Assembly (NCBI RefSeq): GCF_003350925.1
Contig: NZ_KZ857174.1
Span: 499,484-563,483, forward strand
Origin: Dyella tabacisoli
GTDB taxonomy: Bacteria > Pseudomonadota > Gammaproteobacteria > Xanthomonadales > Rhodanobacteraceae
Direction: 5' to 3'
DNA length: 64,000 nucleotides
The first letter of the stretch is position 1. The number at the start of each line of letters is the position of its first letter. This document shows, piece by piece, positions 50,382 to 59,701 of this stretch. Below the pieces are notes generated by a model that had not been told where the DNA came from, did not search any database, and worked only from the letters and a program-made list of their open reading frames with translations. Made by a program: the position numbers and the translations under genes.

Positions 50382-53300
50382 ATGAGTTTTAGTTCGATGA
50401 ATCGCAGCTATTTGCTGCGGCGCTCGGCATTGGCGATGGCCTTGACCCTCGGGATGGCGGGCGTGGCTTTCGGCCAGTCCACCACCGGCGGTATTTTTGG
50501 CCAGGCCGAAGCCGGCGAAACCGTCACCATCAGCAATACCACCGGCCTGACGCGTCAGGTCCAGGTCGATAGCAGCGGCCGTTACCGGGTCGCCAATCTG
50601 CCCTTGGGTACGTACACCGTCTCCTTGCAGAAGGGTGGCGCCACGGTCGATACGCGTAAGGAAGTGAACCTTACGGTGAACTCGAACACCGAGGTTTCCT
50701 TTGCCACCGCCGCGAATGCTTCGTCGCTGTCGGCCGTAACGGTCACTGCGAACTCGTTGCCGTCGATCGACGTCAGCGGCGTGGATTCGCGCACCGTCAT
50801 CACCTCGCAGCAGTTGGCGCGTTTGCCGTTGGGCCGCAGTGCCGAAGCGATCGCCTTGCTCGCACCGGGCGTGGTTGAAGGTAGCGGCCTGTTCAGCGGC
50901 CTTGGCCCGACAGGCGGTAACGCGGTTTCGTTCGGCGGTTCGTCGGTAACCGAGAATGCTTACTACATCAACGGTTTCAACACGACCGATCCGCTCAGCG
51001 GCTTTGGTGGTTTGAGCCTGCCGTATGGCGCGATCGACCAGCAGGAAATCATCAGCGGCGGCTACGTTGCGGCTTACGGTCGTTCCGATGGCGGCGTGAT
51101 CAACCAGGTCGGCAAGCGCGGTACCAACGAATGGCATTTCGGCGGTCAGGTGCAGTGGACCCCGAGCGATCTGCAGGGCGACCCGAAGAACTATTTCTAC
51201 GTCAAGAAAGATGGTTCGCAGGGCAAGATGTATCGCTACAAGAATGACAACAAGTCGACGACGTCGACTTATGACGCTTACATCGGCGGTCCGTTGATCA
51301 AGGACAAATTGTTCTTCTTCGCGGCGGTGGAAGCCGAGAAGGTTGGCGGTAAAGGCGACTCTGGTTCCACCAGGGGCGTCGGTCCGGTCAGCGTTCCGCA
51401 GGACACGCATACGTCCTATAGCAATCCGAAGTGGTACGGCAAGCTGGATTGGAACATCACCGACAGCAATATCCTTGAGCTGACCACGGCGTCCAGCAAG
51501 CAGTCCTACCGTGGCACGAACCACTCGTTCAGCTACGCCACGCTCAAAGATGGCCCGTTCACCAGCTACGATCCGTCGACCAAAGACGGTGCCGATCTTT
51601 ATTCGACCAAGTTCACCAGCTATATCACCGATGACCTGACCGTCACGGCGATGTACGGCAAGATGAAGGGTACGTTCTACACCGAAGCGCCTGGTTACGA
51701 CACGAATACCCCTTACATCTTCCAGGCTAACCAGCAGAACCCGGATGTGACCAACGGCAAGGTCGTCACCAATAACCAGCCGATCTCGACACTCGGCCTG
51801 CCGGGGCATAAGTCGACCAATACCAACCTGCGCATCGACGTCAGCTACAAGCTGGGCTCGCATACGCTGACGGCTGGTATCGACAACCAGGACGTGAAGA
51901 ATTCCATGGCCGGCACCAAGTTCCCGGACAATGGTTTGGGTTATGCCTGGGAATACAACGATTTCGTTTCCGCCGGTGGCGACCCTGGCTCGTATATCGT
52001 CGGCGGTCCGGGTTCGGCTCAGCCCGGTGCCGATTGGCACAACTCTCCTTGGGTAGCTAATCCGAACGCTACGCCGGGTGGCGCCACGGGTTTCTACGTC
52101 GATAAGTACCGTTATAACGACAGTGCTTCGGTGCGTGTATCGCAGCGCGCGCAGTACATCCAGGACGACTGGCAGATCAACGATCGTTGGTTGGTCAAGC
52201 TGGGTCTGCGCAACGACCAGTTCACCAACTATGGCTCCTCGGGCGCGGCATTTCTGCGTTTGACCAAGCCGCAGTGGGCGCCGCGCCTCGGCTTTAGCTG
52301 GGACGTGAACGGTGATTCCAGCTTCAAGGTCTACGGTAACGCCGGTCGTTACTACCTCGCGATGCCGACTAGCGTTGCCCTGCGCTCCGCGGGTCAGTCG
52401 ATGTATACCCGCGAGTACTACACCTATACCGGTATCGACTCGAACGGCGTGCCGACTGGCCTGACCCCGATCAATACCAGCCAGGGCTTGGGTGCGCCTT
52501 TCTCGGCCAATGGCGAGTACGGTCAGCCGCGTGATCCGAAGGTCACTTCATCGACCAATCTGAAGTCGGAGTACCAGGATGAGTACATCCTTGGTTTCGA
52601 CAAAAAGCTTGGCGACTCGTGGGTCTATGGTGCCAAGGCGACTTATCGCAATCTGCGTAATGCGATTGACGATATCGCCGACAGCGCCTCGATCATGGCG
52701 AAGATGAGCAAGATGGGCATCGATCCGAACACCTTCGATCCTTCCAAGATTCCGGGTAGCCTGCTGATCAATCCAGGCAATACGTCCAACTTCAATATTC
52801 CGAAGATTGGTGGCGGTTACTACAACGTCACTATGGATTGGACCAAGGACTTTGGCTTCGATCAGGGCATGAAGCGCAAGTACTATGCCTTGAACCTCTT
52901 CCTTGAGCATCCGTTTGATGGCAAGTGGTTCGGCCGGGTCGACTACGTGTGGTCGCGCAGCTACGGCAACAGTGAAGGTCAGGTCAAGTCCGATGTCGGT
53001 CAGACCGACGTTTCGGCTACGTCCGATTGGGACTTCGCCTCGCTCATGGTCAGCTCCAACGGTGTGTTGGCCAATGACCGTCGCCATCAGATCAAGGCCT
53101 ATGGCTCGTATCAGATCGCGCCGGAGTGGATGGTGTCAGGCAACGTGCAGATCATGTCCGGCTCACCCAAGGATTGCATGGGTCTGTACGGTGCCAACCA
53201 GACCGATCCGGCCGGTTACGGTGCCTACTACCACTTCTGCAAAGGCCAGCCGTCACCTCCTGGTTCGGCGCGTAATCCGTGGACCTACTTGCTGAGTCTG

Positions 53301-53480
53301 AGCGCCGAGTACCGCCCGGAGTGGGCTGACAAGAAGCTTGGTTTCAACATGATGGTTTACAACGTGCTCAATAAGCAGGAGACCACCCAGATCTACGCGC
53401 GTTCGAACATCAACTATCTGCGTCCATTCACCTCGCAGACGCCGCGCTACGTTCGTGTGGGCGTTACCTACGACTTCTAA
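50382..53480 (+). CDS. TonB-dependent outer-membrane receptor, Oar-like paralog
   Basis: 1032 aa, collinear with 46745-49813 over the whole length. The ORF is open from 50328. Confidence 0.85.
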   Translation: MSFSSMNRSYLLRRSALAMALTLGMAGVAFGQSTTGGIFGQAEAGETVTISNTTGLTRQVQVDSSGRYRVANLPLGTYTVSLQKGGATVDTRKEVNLTVNSNTEVSFATAANASSLSAVTVTANSLPSIDVSGVDSRTVITSQQLARLPLGRSAEAIALLAPGVVEGSGLFSGLGPTGGNAVSFGGSSVTENAYYINGFNTTDPLSGFGGLSLPYGAIDQQEIISGGYVAAYGRSDGGVINQVGKRGTNEWHFGGQVQWTPSDLQGDPKNYFYVKKDGSQGKMYRYKNDNKSTTSTYDAYIGGPLIKDKLFFFAAVEAEKVGGKGDSGSTRGVGPVSVPQDTHTSYSNPKWYGKLDWNITDSNILELTTASSKQSYRGTNHSFSYATLKDGPFTSYDPSTKDGADLYSTKFTSYITDDLTVTAMYGKMKGTFYTEAPGYDTNTPYIFQANQQNPDVTNGKVVTNNQPISTLGLPGHKSTNTNLRIDVSYKLGSHTLTAGIDNQDVKNSMAGTKFPDNGLGYAWEYNDFVSAGGDPGSYIVGGPGSAQPGADWHNSPWVANPNATPGGATGFYVDKYRYNDSASVRVSQRAQYIQDDWQINDRWLVKLGLRNDQFTNYGSSGAAFLRLTKPQWAPRLGFSWDVNGDSSFKVYGNAGRYYLAMPTSVALRSAGQSMYTREYYTYTGIDSNGVPTGLTPINTSQGLGAPFSANGEYGQPRDPKVTSSTNLKSEYQDEYILGFDKKLGDSWVYGAKATYRNLRNAIDDIADSASIMAKMSKMGIDPNTFDPSKIPGSLLINPGNTSNFNIPKIGGGYYNVTMDWTKDFGFDQGMKRKYYALNLFLEHPFDGKWFGRVDYVWSRSYGNSEGQVKSDVGQTDVSATSDWDFASLMVSSNGVLANDRRHQIKAYGSYQIAPEWMVSGNVQIMSGSPKDCMGLYGANQTDPAGYGAYYHFCKGQPSPPGSARNPWTYLLSLSAEYRPEWADKKLGFNMMVYNVLNKQETTQIYARSNINYLRPFTSQTPRYVRVGVTYDF

Positions 53481-53543
53481 GTAGCTAGCTTTACCGTACT
53501 GCCTCATCGACGAAGCCAAGTCGTCTTCGTCGATGAAACACTA

Positions 53544-53575
53544 GCCGCCGGGGATTTCCCCGGCGGCTTTTTTTA
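53544..53575 (+). terminator. rho-independent terminator after receptor 2
   Basis: gccgccggggatttccccggcggc followed by ttttttta. Confidence 0.8.
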
Positions 53576-53605
53576 TGTCCCCGATAGCGGATCAAAGCCG
53601 GCCCA

Positions 53606-54724
53606 TCAAGCCGACGAAGCACCTTCGCTCACTGGCGTATTACTCGCAGCCGGGGTTTCGCTGGTATGCGCCGGTATGGATTGGTGATGAGCCAGGGCAT
53701 GCAGATCCAACTGATCCACGGGAATCGGCTCATAGTTTGGTCCGAACGCAACCTCGCCCAGTTTCCAGCCTGCCGGCCGTCTTACGGCGCCCCAGAAACG
53801 CTTGAACGCATTCCAGTGCAGGCCGACCAGGCCAAACTCGTTGTCTGAGTCGACCACCGGATCGCCCACGCCGGTCGGACGCGGTGGTTCGCCGTAAAGC
53901 GCGGTGCCGAATACGACGTCCCAGATCGAGAAGACTTGGCCGAAGTTGCAGTTATGCAGTTTCGGTCGGGTGGGGTCGACCAGCATGTGATGCAGGCGAT
54001 GGAATTTCGGCGCGACGAAAACGCGGCCGAGCACACTGCCGAAGCCGATGCGCACATTGGCATGCGAGAAGTTTTGCACCAGCTCGCCGAGCAGCATCAG
54101 CCAGGCGAATTCAGCCGGCGCCACGCCAATCAGCAGGCCGACCACAGCCAGTACCATCGACTGCAAAAAGCCGTCTATAAGGCTGCCGCGGTCGTTGGTC
54201 CAGCAACTCATCTGACGCTGGCTGTGATGCATGCTGTGCAGCGCCCACCACCACGGCAGTGCGTGCTGCAGGCGATGCATCCAGTAATAGACCAGATCGT
54301 AGATGAGGTAATAAATCACGAACAGCAGCAACGGATGGCCGTTGAGCGCGGGGATCCAGCGCGTGATGCTCAGTAGCGAGTCGTCAACACTGGCGCCGGC
54401 GGGGTCGGCGCCGCCGCCGAAATAATTGCTGATCGGGGTGAGTACGAGATAGGCGAACAGCGGAAAGATGCCGCCCAGCATCAGCACCGTGTACTGCCAG
54501 TCGACCCGAGTCAGGCGTCGATCGGCCCATTGCTCGGCGGGCAGCAGGCTTTCCAACGGACGGAAAATCAAGGCGATGATGCCGATCTGCAGTGCGGCAA
54601 TCAGCAGCGCTTCGGAGATCTCGCTCGGATTCCCGGCCAGGCCATTGAGATGCAGGAAATTCAGAACCGGGATCACTCCGTGGCTGCTTAGCCAGGCGAT
54701 CAGGTGGGACCACAGTTCGGACAT
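53606..54724 (-). CDS. sterol desaturase/fatty-acid hydroxylase superfamily membrane protein
   Basis: Di-iron histidine boxes HRLQH, HSMHH, HRLHH. Several TM helices. Confidence 0.75.
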   Translation of the reverse strand: MSELWSHLIAWLSSHGVIPVLNFLHLNGLAGNPSEISEALLIAALQIGIIALIFRPLESLLPAEQWADRRLTRVDWQYTVLMLGGIFPLFAYLVLTPISNYFGGGADPAGASVDDSLLSITRWIPALNGHPLLLFVIYYLIYDLVYYWMHRLQHALPWWWALHSMHHSQRQMSCWTNDRGSLIDGFLQSMVLAVVGLLIGVAPAEFAWLMLLGELVQNFSHANVRIGFGSVLGRVFVAPKFHRLHHMLVDPTRPKLHNCNFGQVFSIWDVVFGTALYGEPPRPTGVGDPVVDSDNEFGLVGLHWNAFKRFWGAVRRPAGWKLGEVAFGPNYEPIPVDQLDLHALAHHQSIPAHTSETPAASNTPVSEGASSA

Positions 54725-54899
54725 CGTTACACCATACGTATCGGGCTGGTTGGCTGTGCATCGCCATCAGCGTGGGGGAGGGGCTACAAAACTGAGCGGT
54801 TTAGGATACTGCTGGTGCGGCGCGAGGCCAACGTTGGGCTGGCGCTGGGCATGGCGCCGTTCAGTCGGGGCTTCGCCCCGGAGTATGTGGACGCAAGTT

Positions 54900-55601
54900 T
54901 CAGCGTAATTGGGCGTCGAGTTGAGTCAGTCGCTCGGCGGTGCCGACATCGATCCAGGCGCCGCTGTGCCTGGTGCCATGGACTTGGCCTCGGGATATTG
55001 CGGCGCGCAACAATGGCGCTAACCGAAAGCGTGGCGGCTTATCGGTGGCACCCGGTGCGTCGCCGATCACTTCACGCCAAGGCGTCAATATGTCGCGGCG
55101 ATAGACGCCAAGACCGCTGAACGTGAGTTTGGCATCGCCGTCTTCATGCAGTACGCCATGGGCATCCAGGGCGAAATCGCCTTGCGGATGATGCGCCGGG
55201 TTGTCGACCATGCATAAGTGCGCGAGACCTTGTGGCTCGGCGGGAAGGGCGGCGAAATCGGCATCCGTCCAGATATCGCCGTTTACCGCGATAAAGGGTT
55301 CCGGGCCGAGCAACGGCAGCGCATTCAGCATGCCGCCGCCGGTTTCCAGGGATGTCGCACCTTCATAGGCATAGCGAATACGCAAACCCCAGCGCGAACC
55401 ATCGCCAAGGGTTTCGGGAAATTGTTCGGCTAGATGCGAGGTATTGATGACGACGTAGTTCACGCCGATCGCGGCGAGCTTTTCCAGATGCCATGCGATC
55501 AGTGGTTGGCCGCCCACCTCAAGCAAGGGCTTGGGTATGCGATCAGTGAGCGGGCGCATGCGTTCGCCCAGGCCGGCGGCGAAGATCAGCGCGTGTCTCA
55601 T
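54900..55601 (-). CDS. murU: N-acetylmuramate alpha-1-phosphate uridylyltransferase
   Basis: Nucleotidyltransferase N-terminus ALIFAAGLGERMRPLTDRIPKPLL. 233 aa. Immediately downstream of, and overlapping, the amgK-type kinase gene. Confidence 0.75.
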   Translation of the reverse strand: MRHALIFAAGLGERMRPLTDRIPKPLLEVGGQPLIAWHLEKLAAIGVNYVVINTSHLAEQFPETLGDGSRWGLRIRYAYEGATSLETGGGMLNALPLLGPEPFIAVNGDIWTDADFAALPAEPQGLAHLCMVDNPAHHPQGDFALDAHGVLHEDGDAKLTFSGLGVYRRDILTPWREVIGDAPGATDKPPRFRLAPLLRAAISRGQVHGTRHSGAWIDVGTAERLTQLDAQLR

Positions 55602-56623
55602 ACCTTGATAGTCAGGTCGCGTTTGCCCACGCAGCGCTCAAGCAAGGCTACGAACTCGGTTAGCTCGGGGTAACGGCTAGCCACGCCGATCACGTAGTCG
55701 TAGACGCGCGGCAGATCATTCAGATAACCGGGTTTGCCGTCGCGATAACACAGCCGGCAAAACAGGCCGAGCACCTTGATGTGCCTTTGTAGGCCGATCA
55801 AATCGAACCAACGCAGAAAGCGCTCGCGGTCTATACCGTCGGCGATTAAATGCGCCGCTTGCAGGCGCATGCGGTAGTTTTCAACCCAGCCTTCGACGCG
55901 TTCGCGATCCCACACGATGTAACAGTCGCGCAATAGCGAGGCGAGGTCATAAGTGATTGGGCCGATAAGTGCGCCCTGGAAATCAATCACGCCAGGGCTA
56001 CGTTGTTCGGTTATCAACAAATTACGGCTATGAAAATCGCGGTGTACGAAGCAGCGCGGTTGCGCCAGCGCGTTGTGCAACAAGACGCCAAAGGCGGACT
56101 CAAGCACATCCCATTCCTCGCACTCCGGCGTGTAGCCAAGATGACGGCCGAGAAACCACTCCGGCATGATCTCCAGCTCACGGCTGAGAAAGGCGTAGTC
56201 GTAAGGCTGCAGATCGCTGGCATCCACCGAGGTTTGCATGCGCAGCAGCGCATTCATAGCGTCGCTGTACAAGGCATCGACACTTTGATCGTTCAGTGCC
56301 GGCAGATATAGCTTGGCGCCGAGATCCTCGATAAGCAGCAGTCCTTGTTCGAGATCATGCGCGTGTACGACAGGGACATGCAGCCCTGCCGCAGCGAGTC
56401 GCGCGCCGATATCCAGCCAGGGGTGCGGATCTTCCTGTGCCGGCGGCGAATCCATCACGATCCAGCTCTGGCCGGCATGCGATGCGCGCCAGTAGCTGCG
56501 GAAGCTGGCATCGGCGGATGCGGGTTCAAGCGTCAGCGCGGGGGCATGCAATACCGATCTGGCCCAGGCAAGGCGGGCCGCGGCGCGGTCGATGGGGGGC
56601 GTGCACAGGGAGGACGAGGACAT
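55598..56623 (-). CDS. amgK: anhydro-sugar / N-acetylmuramate kinase of the aminoglycoside-phosphotransferase fold
   Basis: APH-fold motifs (…HRDFHSRNLL…D…). 341 aa. Paired with murU as in the Pseudomonas peptidoglycan-recycling bypass. Confidence 0.7.
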   Translation of the reverse strand: MSSSSLCTPPIDRAAARLAWARSVLHAPALTLEPASADASFRSYWRASHAGQSWIVMDSPPAQEDPHPWLDIGARLAAAGLHVPVVHAHDLEQGLLLIEDLGAKLYLPALNDQSVDALYSDAMNALLRMQTSVDASDLQPYDYAFLSRELEIMPEWFLGRHLGYTPECEEWDVLESAFGVLLHNALAQPRCFVHRDFHSRNLLITEQRSPGVIDFQGALIGPITYDLASLLRDCYIVWDRERVEGWVENYRMRLQAAHLIADGIDRERFLRWFDLIGLQRHIKVLGLFCRLCYRDGKPGYLNDLPRVYDYVIGVASRYPELTEFVALLERCVGKRDLTIKV

Positions 56624-56668
56624 GAGTGCAATTGTCTAACAGACGGCGCGTCACCTAAAGTGCCCGCC

Positions 56669-57100
56669 ATGTTTGCGCAGCCAGCCTCGCTCAGCCGTAT
56701 CCACCGCCGTGCCCACGGCGCGCGCTGGCTGTTCGCGTTGCTGATCTTGTTAAAGCTGGCAGTGGGCACGTTTTGCCTTGCCAATGATGCGTTGCTGTCT
56801 GACTCCGTGCAGGCTACGGCGGCACAGACCACGCAGTTGAGTGCAGCCTCAGTCACAACGGATGACGATGCAGCCCTTTGCTGGCATGACGGTGCGGGCG
56901 GCTGCCATTGCAATTGCATGCATGCCACCCCCTTGGCCGGCGCCACATTGGCGTCCTTGCCGCGATTGACACCGCTGCATGTATTCGCCGCCATGCGGCC
57001 GGCCACCCAGCGGCCCGCGGCACGGAATCCGCTACGTCCTCCGATCGCTCTTGTAGGAGCGCACTTTGTGCGCGAAACCTATGGAGTCGTAACGCTGTAA
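56669..57100 (+). CDS. small Cys/His-rich membrane protein (DUF2946-like), putative metal-binding accessory of the downstream efflux operon
   Basis: 143 aa. One TM (WLFALLILLKLAVGTFCLA), then CWHDGAGGCHCNCMH. Sits 150 nt upstream of the outer-membrane factor gene. Start chosen at the in-frame ATG 56669, beyond the amgK start. Confidence 0.4.
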   Translation: MFAQPASLSRIHRRAHGARWLFALLILLKLAVGTFCLANDALLSDSVQATAAQTTQLSAASVTTDDDAALCWHDGAGGCHCNCMHATPLAGATLASLPRLTPLHVFAAMRPATQRPAARNPLRPPIALVGAHFVRETYGVVTL

Positions 57101-57253
57101 TACCCATCACCCCGTGGCCTATCGCCATCAGGTGATCGCACGCCGAGCCGGCTCCTACTTCGGTTTTCCCGTACAAGCGGCGCTCCTGCCATCGCTTCAG
57201 TCACGCCTGCCGTTTTCGGCATGGCGTCCCGATCGGTTTCAGGAGTTTCAGTC

Positions 57254-58582
57254 ATGCGATTCAAAATAAGGATGCCCCGATCATGGGCATTCCTCGGCGT
57301 CTTGTGCGCACTTGCTGGTAGCGGCGTTATCGCTGCTCCCGCAGAGCCATCACGGGTGACTGCGCAAGCAGGACCTTCAGCGGACCTCACGCGTGCTGTG
57401 CGCGCATTGTGGACGGGCAACCCAGAGGTTCAAGTGGCCCGTGCCGAGCTGGAAGCGGCGCGCGCCCGCGCCCGCGCCGCCCATCAGCCGCTATACAACC
57501 CCAGTCTTGAACTGGCTGCCGAGAACGCCGATGTCGATCGACGCACCATCGGCGTCAGCCTCGCACTCGATCTATCCGGCAAACGTCGCGCGCGCGGCGC
57601 GGTGGGTGATGCCGAGCTGGATGTGGCGCAGGCTGCGTATGAGGTGGTTCGCCGAGATGTCGCTGCGCGTTGGCTGAAAGTCTGGTTCGAGACAACGCTA
57701 GTGGTGCAGGAAAGTCGCCTTGGTCAGCGTCGTGTCGAATTGATGGCACGCTTCGCCGAATTGGCCGAGCGTCGGCTCAAGGTAGGTGACATCAGCAGTA
57801 CCGAGCGCGATCTGGCCGCGCTGGCCTTGACCGAGGCGCAGGCCCAGCAGGCAGCGCTACTTGGCAAGGCCCCTGGCGTACAGGCCAGCCTGGCTGCGTT
57901 GGGTGGCCCGGCCGATGCATCGCTGCCGACGCCGCCACGCGAATTGCCGCCCATGCCGCGCGACGATGCGGCGGTGGCCATGGAGCGGTTGCCGGAATGG
58001 CGGCTGGCGCAGGCGCGCACGAGCAGCGCCGATGCCAGCGTTCGCGCCGCGCAGCGCGATCGTATTCCCGACCCCACCATCGCACTCACCGGTGGACGCG
58101 TGCGCACCGGCTCCGCTGCCGGGATGAGTCAGAACGTGGTGGGCGTGAGCCTCAGTGTGCCGTTGCCGATCCGCAATAACTATCGAGCGGAGGTGGATGC
58201 GGCGCGTGCCGAATCCGATGCCGCCGCCGCGGGATTCAGCGGCCAGCGATTGACGCTACGTGCGCGAGCCAACGAAACCAGCGCCCGCTATCGGGCCCTG
58301 CGTGAAGCAAGTGCTGCGTTTCGCGGGGGCCGTGCCGCTGCATTTGATGAACGTACCGGCTTGCTGGAGCGATTGTGGGGCGCTGGCGAAATCGGCACGT
58401 CCGATTACCTGGTGCAGCTCAAGCAAAGCCTCGATACCGCGCTGTCGGGCATGCAACTGGAAAACGAGACCTGGCAAGCGTGGATCGATTACCTCGGTGC
58501 TCACGGTCAATTGACGGCATGGGGTGAGGGGCGGGACGACGAGGGCGATAACAAGCCATCACTTAGGGATTCAAATCGATGA
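57254..58582 (+). CDS. outer-membrane efflux protein (CusC/CzcC family)
   Basis: Signal peptide. TolC-like repeated helical/beta-barrel halves. The ORF is open from 57221; AGGAG lies before ATG 57254. Confidence 0.85.
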   Translation: MRFKIRMPRSWAFLGVLCALAGSGVIAAPAEPSRVTAQAGPSADLTRAVRALWTGNPEVQVARAELEAARARARAAHQPLYNPSLELAAENADVDRRTIGVSLALDLSGKRRARGAVGDAELDVAQAAYEVVRRDVAARWLKVWFETTLVVQESRLGQRRVELMARFAELAERRLKVGDISSTERDLAALALTEAQAQQAALLGKAPGVQASLAALGGPADASLPTPPRELPPMPRDDAAVAMERLPEWRLAQARTSSADASVRAAQRDRIPDPTIALTGGRVRTGSAAGMSQNVVGVSLSVPLPIRNNYRAEVDAARAESDAAAAGFSGQRLTLRARANETSARYRALREASAAFRGGRAAAFDERTGLLERLWGAGEIGTSDYLVQLKQSLDTALSGMQLENETWQAWIDYLGAHGQLTAWGEGRDDEGDNKPSLRDSNR

Positions 58583-59700
58583 AGATCTTCAAAATTAAAG
58601 CCTATGGCCTGCCGCTGCTGCTCGTGCTCGGTTTGTCCATGACGGTCAATGCCAGTGCACAGACCAAGCAAGACCACACGGAGTCCGCGAGCCCGCTCAC
58701 GCTGGATGCGGCGGCTATCCGCGATGCCGGCATCGTCACGGCACCGGCCTCGGTACGCCGACTCGAAGGTGAGATCAAGGCGCCCGGCGAAGTGCGTGCC
58801 AATGGCTATGCCACCGTGCAAGTCACGCCGCGCGTACCAGCGCAGATCGTGCGCAGACATGCGCGCCTGGGCGATAGCGTGAAAGCCGGCGCGCCGCTGG
58901 TCACTTTATCCAGCGTCGAGGTGGCCGAGGCACAAGGTGCTTTGATCGTGGGTGAGCGCGAATGGCAGCGTGTCAGTGCGCTGGGTCCGCAGGCTGTGTC
59001 CGAGCGGCGTTACACGGAAGTGAGAGTGCAGCGCGATCAGGCGCGTGCACGCCTGCGTGCTTATGGTTTGAGCGATGCTCAGGTCACCGCTATGTTGCGT
59101 GCCGGCTCAGCGCGCGCAGACGGTAACTTCGAGCTGCTTTCACCGGCGGCAGGGCGGATCACCAGCGATGAATTCGTGCTGGGTGAGCGGATTGAGCCGG
59201 GCCGCGCGTTGTTCACCTTGGTCGATGAAGACAGTGTGTGGATACAAGCGCAGTTGACCCCGGCCGATGCGGCGCGTGTGCGGCGAGGTGGCGTGGCACG
59301 GGTGGTTGCGCATGGTCAAACATTGAGTGGGAAGATTGTGCAGCTTCCCCATCAGGCTAGTGAACAAACCCGCACCGTGCCGGTGCGCATTGAAGTCGCC
59401 AATCGCGACGATCTGCTGCACAACGGCGAGTTTGTCGACACCTATCTCGCTACTGGCTATGCGCGCGAAGCATTGGCGGTACCGGTGGACGCGGTGCTGC
59501 TGCTGCAGAACCAGGCCAGCGTATTCATCGCCCATGGGCAGGGCCGTTTCGAGCCGATTCCGGTGGTAGCCGGAATCACTCAGGGCGGCTGGACCGTGAT
59601 TGCCGAAGGCCTGAAACCAGGCTCGCAGGTGGTGACCAAGGGGGCCTTTGCCTTGAAGGCGCGCTTGCTGAAATCGCAAATCGGCGGGGACGGGCATTGA
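58579..59700 (+). CDS. membrane fusion protein (CusB/CzcB family) of heavy-metal RND pump
   Basis: 373 aa. HlyD-like biotinyl/beta-barrel domains. Overlaps the upstream stop. Confidence 0.85.
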   Translation: MKIFKIKAYGLPLLLVLGLSMTVNASAQTKQDHTESASPLTLDAAAIRDAGIVTAPASVRRLEGEIKAPGEVRANGYATVQVTPRVPAQIVRRHARLGDSVKAGAPLVTLSSVEVAEAQGALIVGEREWQRVSALGPQAVSERRYTEVRVQRDQARARLRAYGLSDAQVTAMLRAGSARADGNFELLSPAAGRITSDEFVLGERIEPGRALFTLVDEDSVWIQAQLTPADAARVRRGGVARVVAHGQTLSGKIVQLPHQASEQTRTVPVRIEVANRDDLLHNGEFVDTYLATGYAREALAVPVDAVLLLQNQASVFIAHGQGRFEPIPVVAGITQGGWTVIAEGLKPGSQVVTKGAFALKARLLKSQIGGDGH

Positions 59701-59701
59701 C

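Noticed and set aside
47729-52040. 563-aa and 609-aa minus-strand ORFs inside the two TonB-dependent receptor genes
   Set aside because: Antisense to the receptor genes. Their translations are low-complexity and Arg/Ala/Val-rich, typical of GC-rich non-coding frames.
56345-56668. N-terminal 108 codons of the ORF-finder call 56345-57100
   Set aside because: This segment is antisense to the 5' part of amgK. The plausible gene starts at the in-frame ATG 56669 in the intergenic region.
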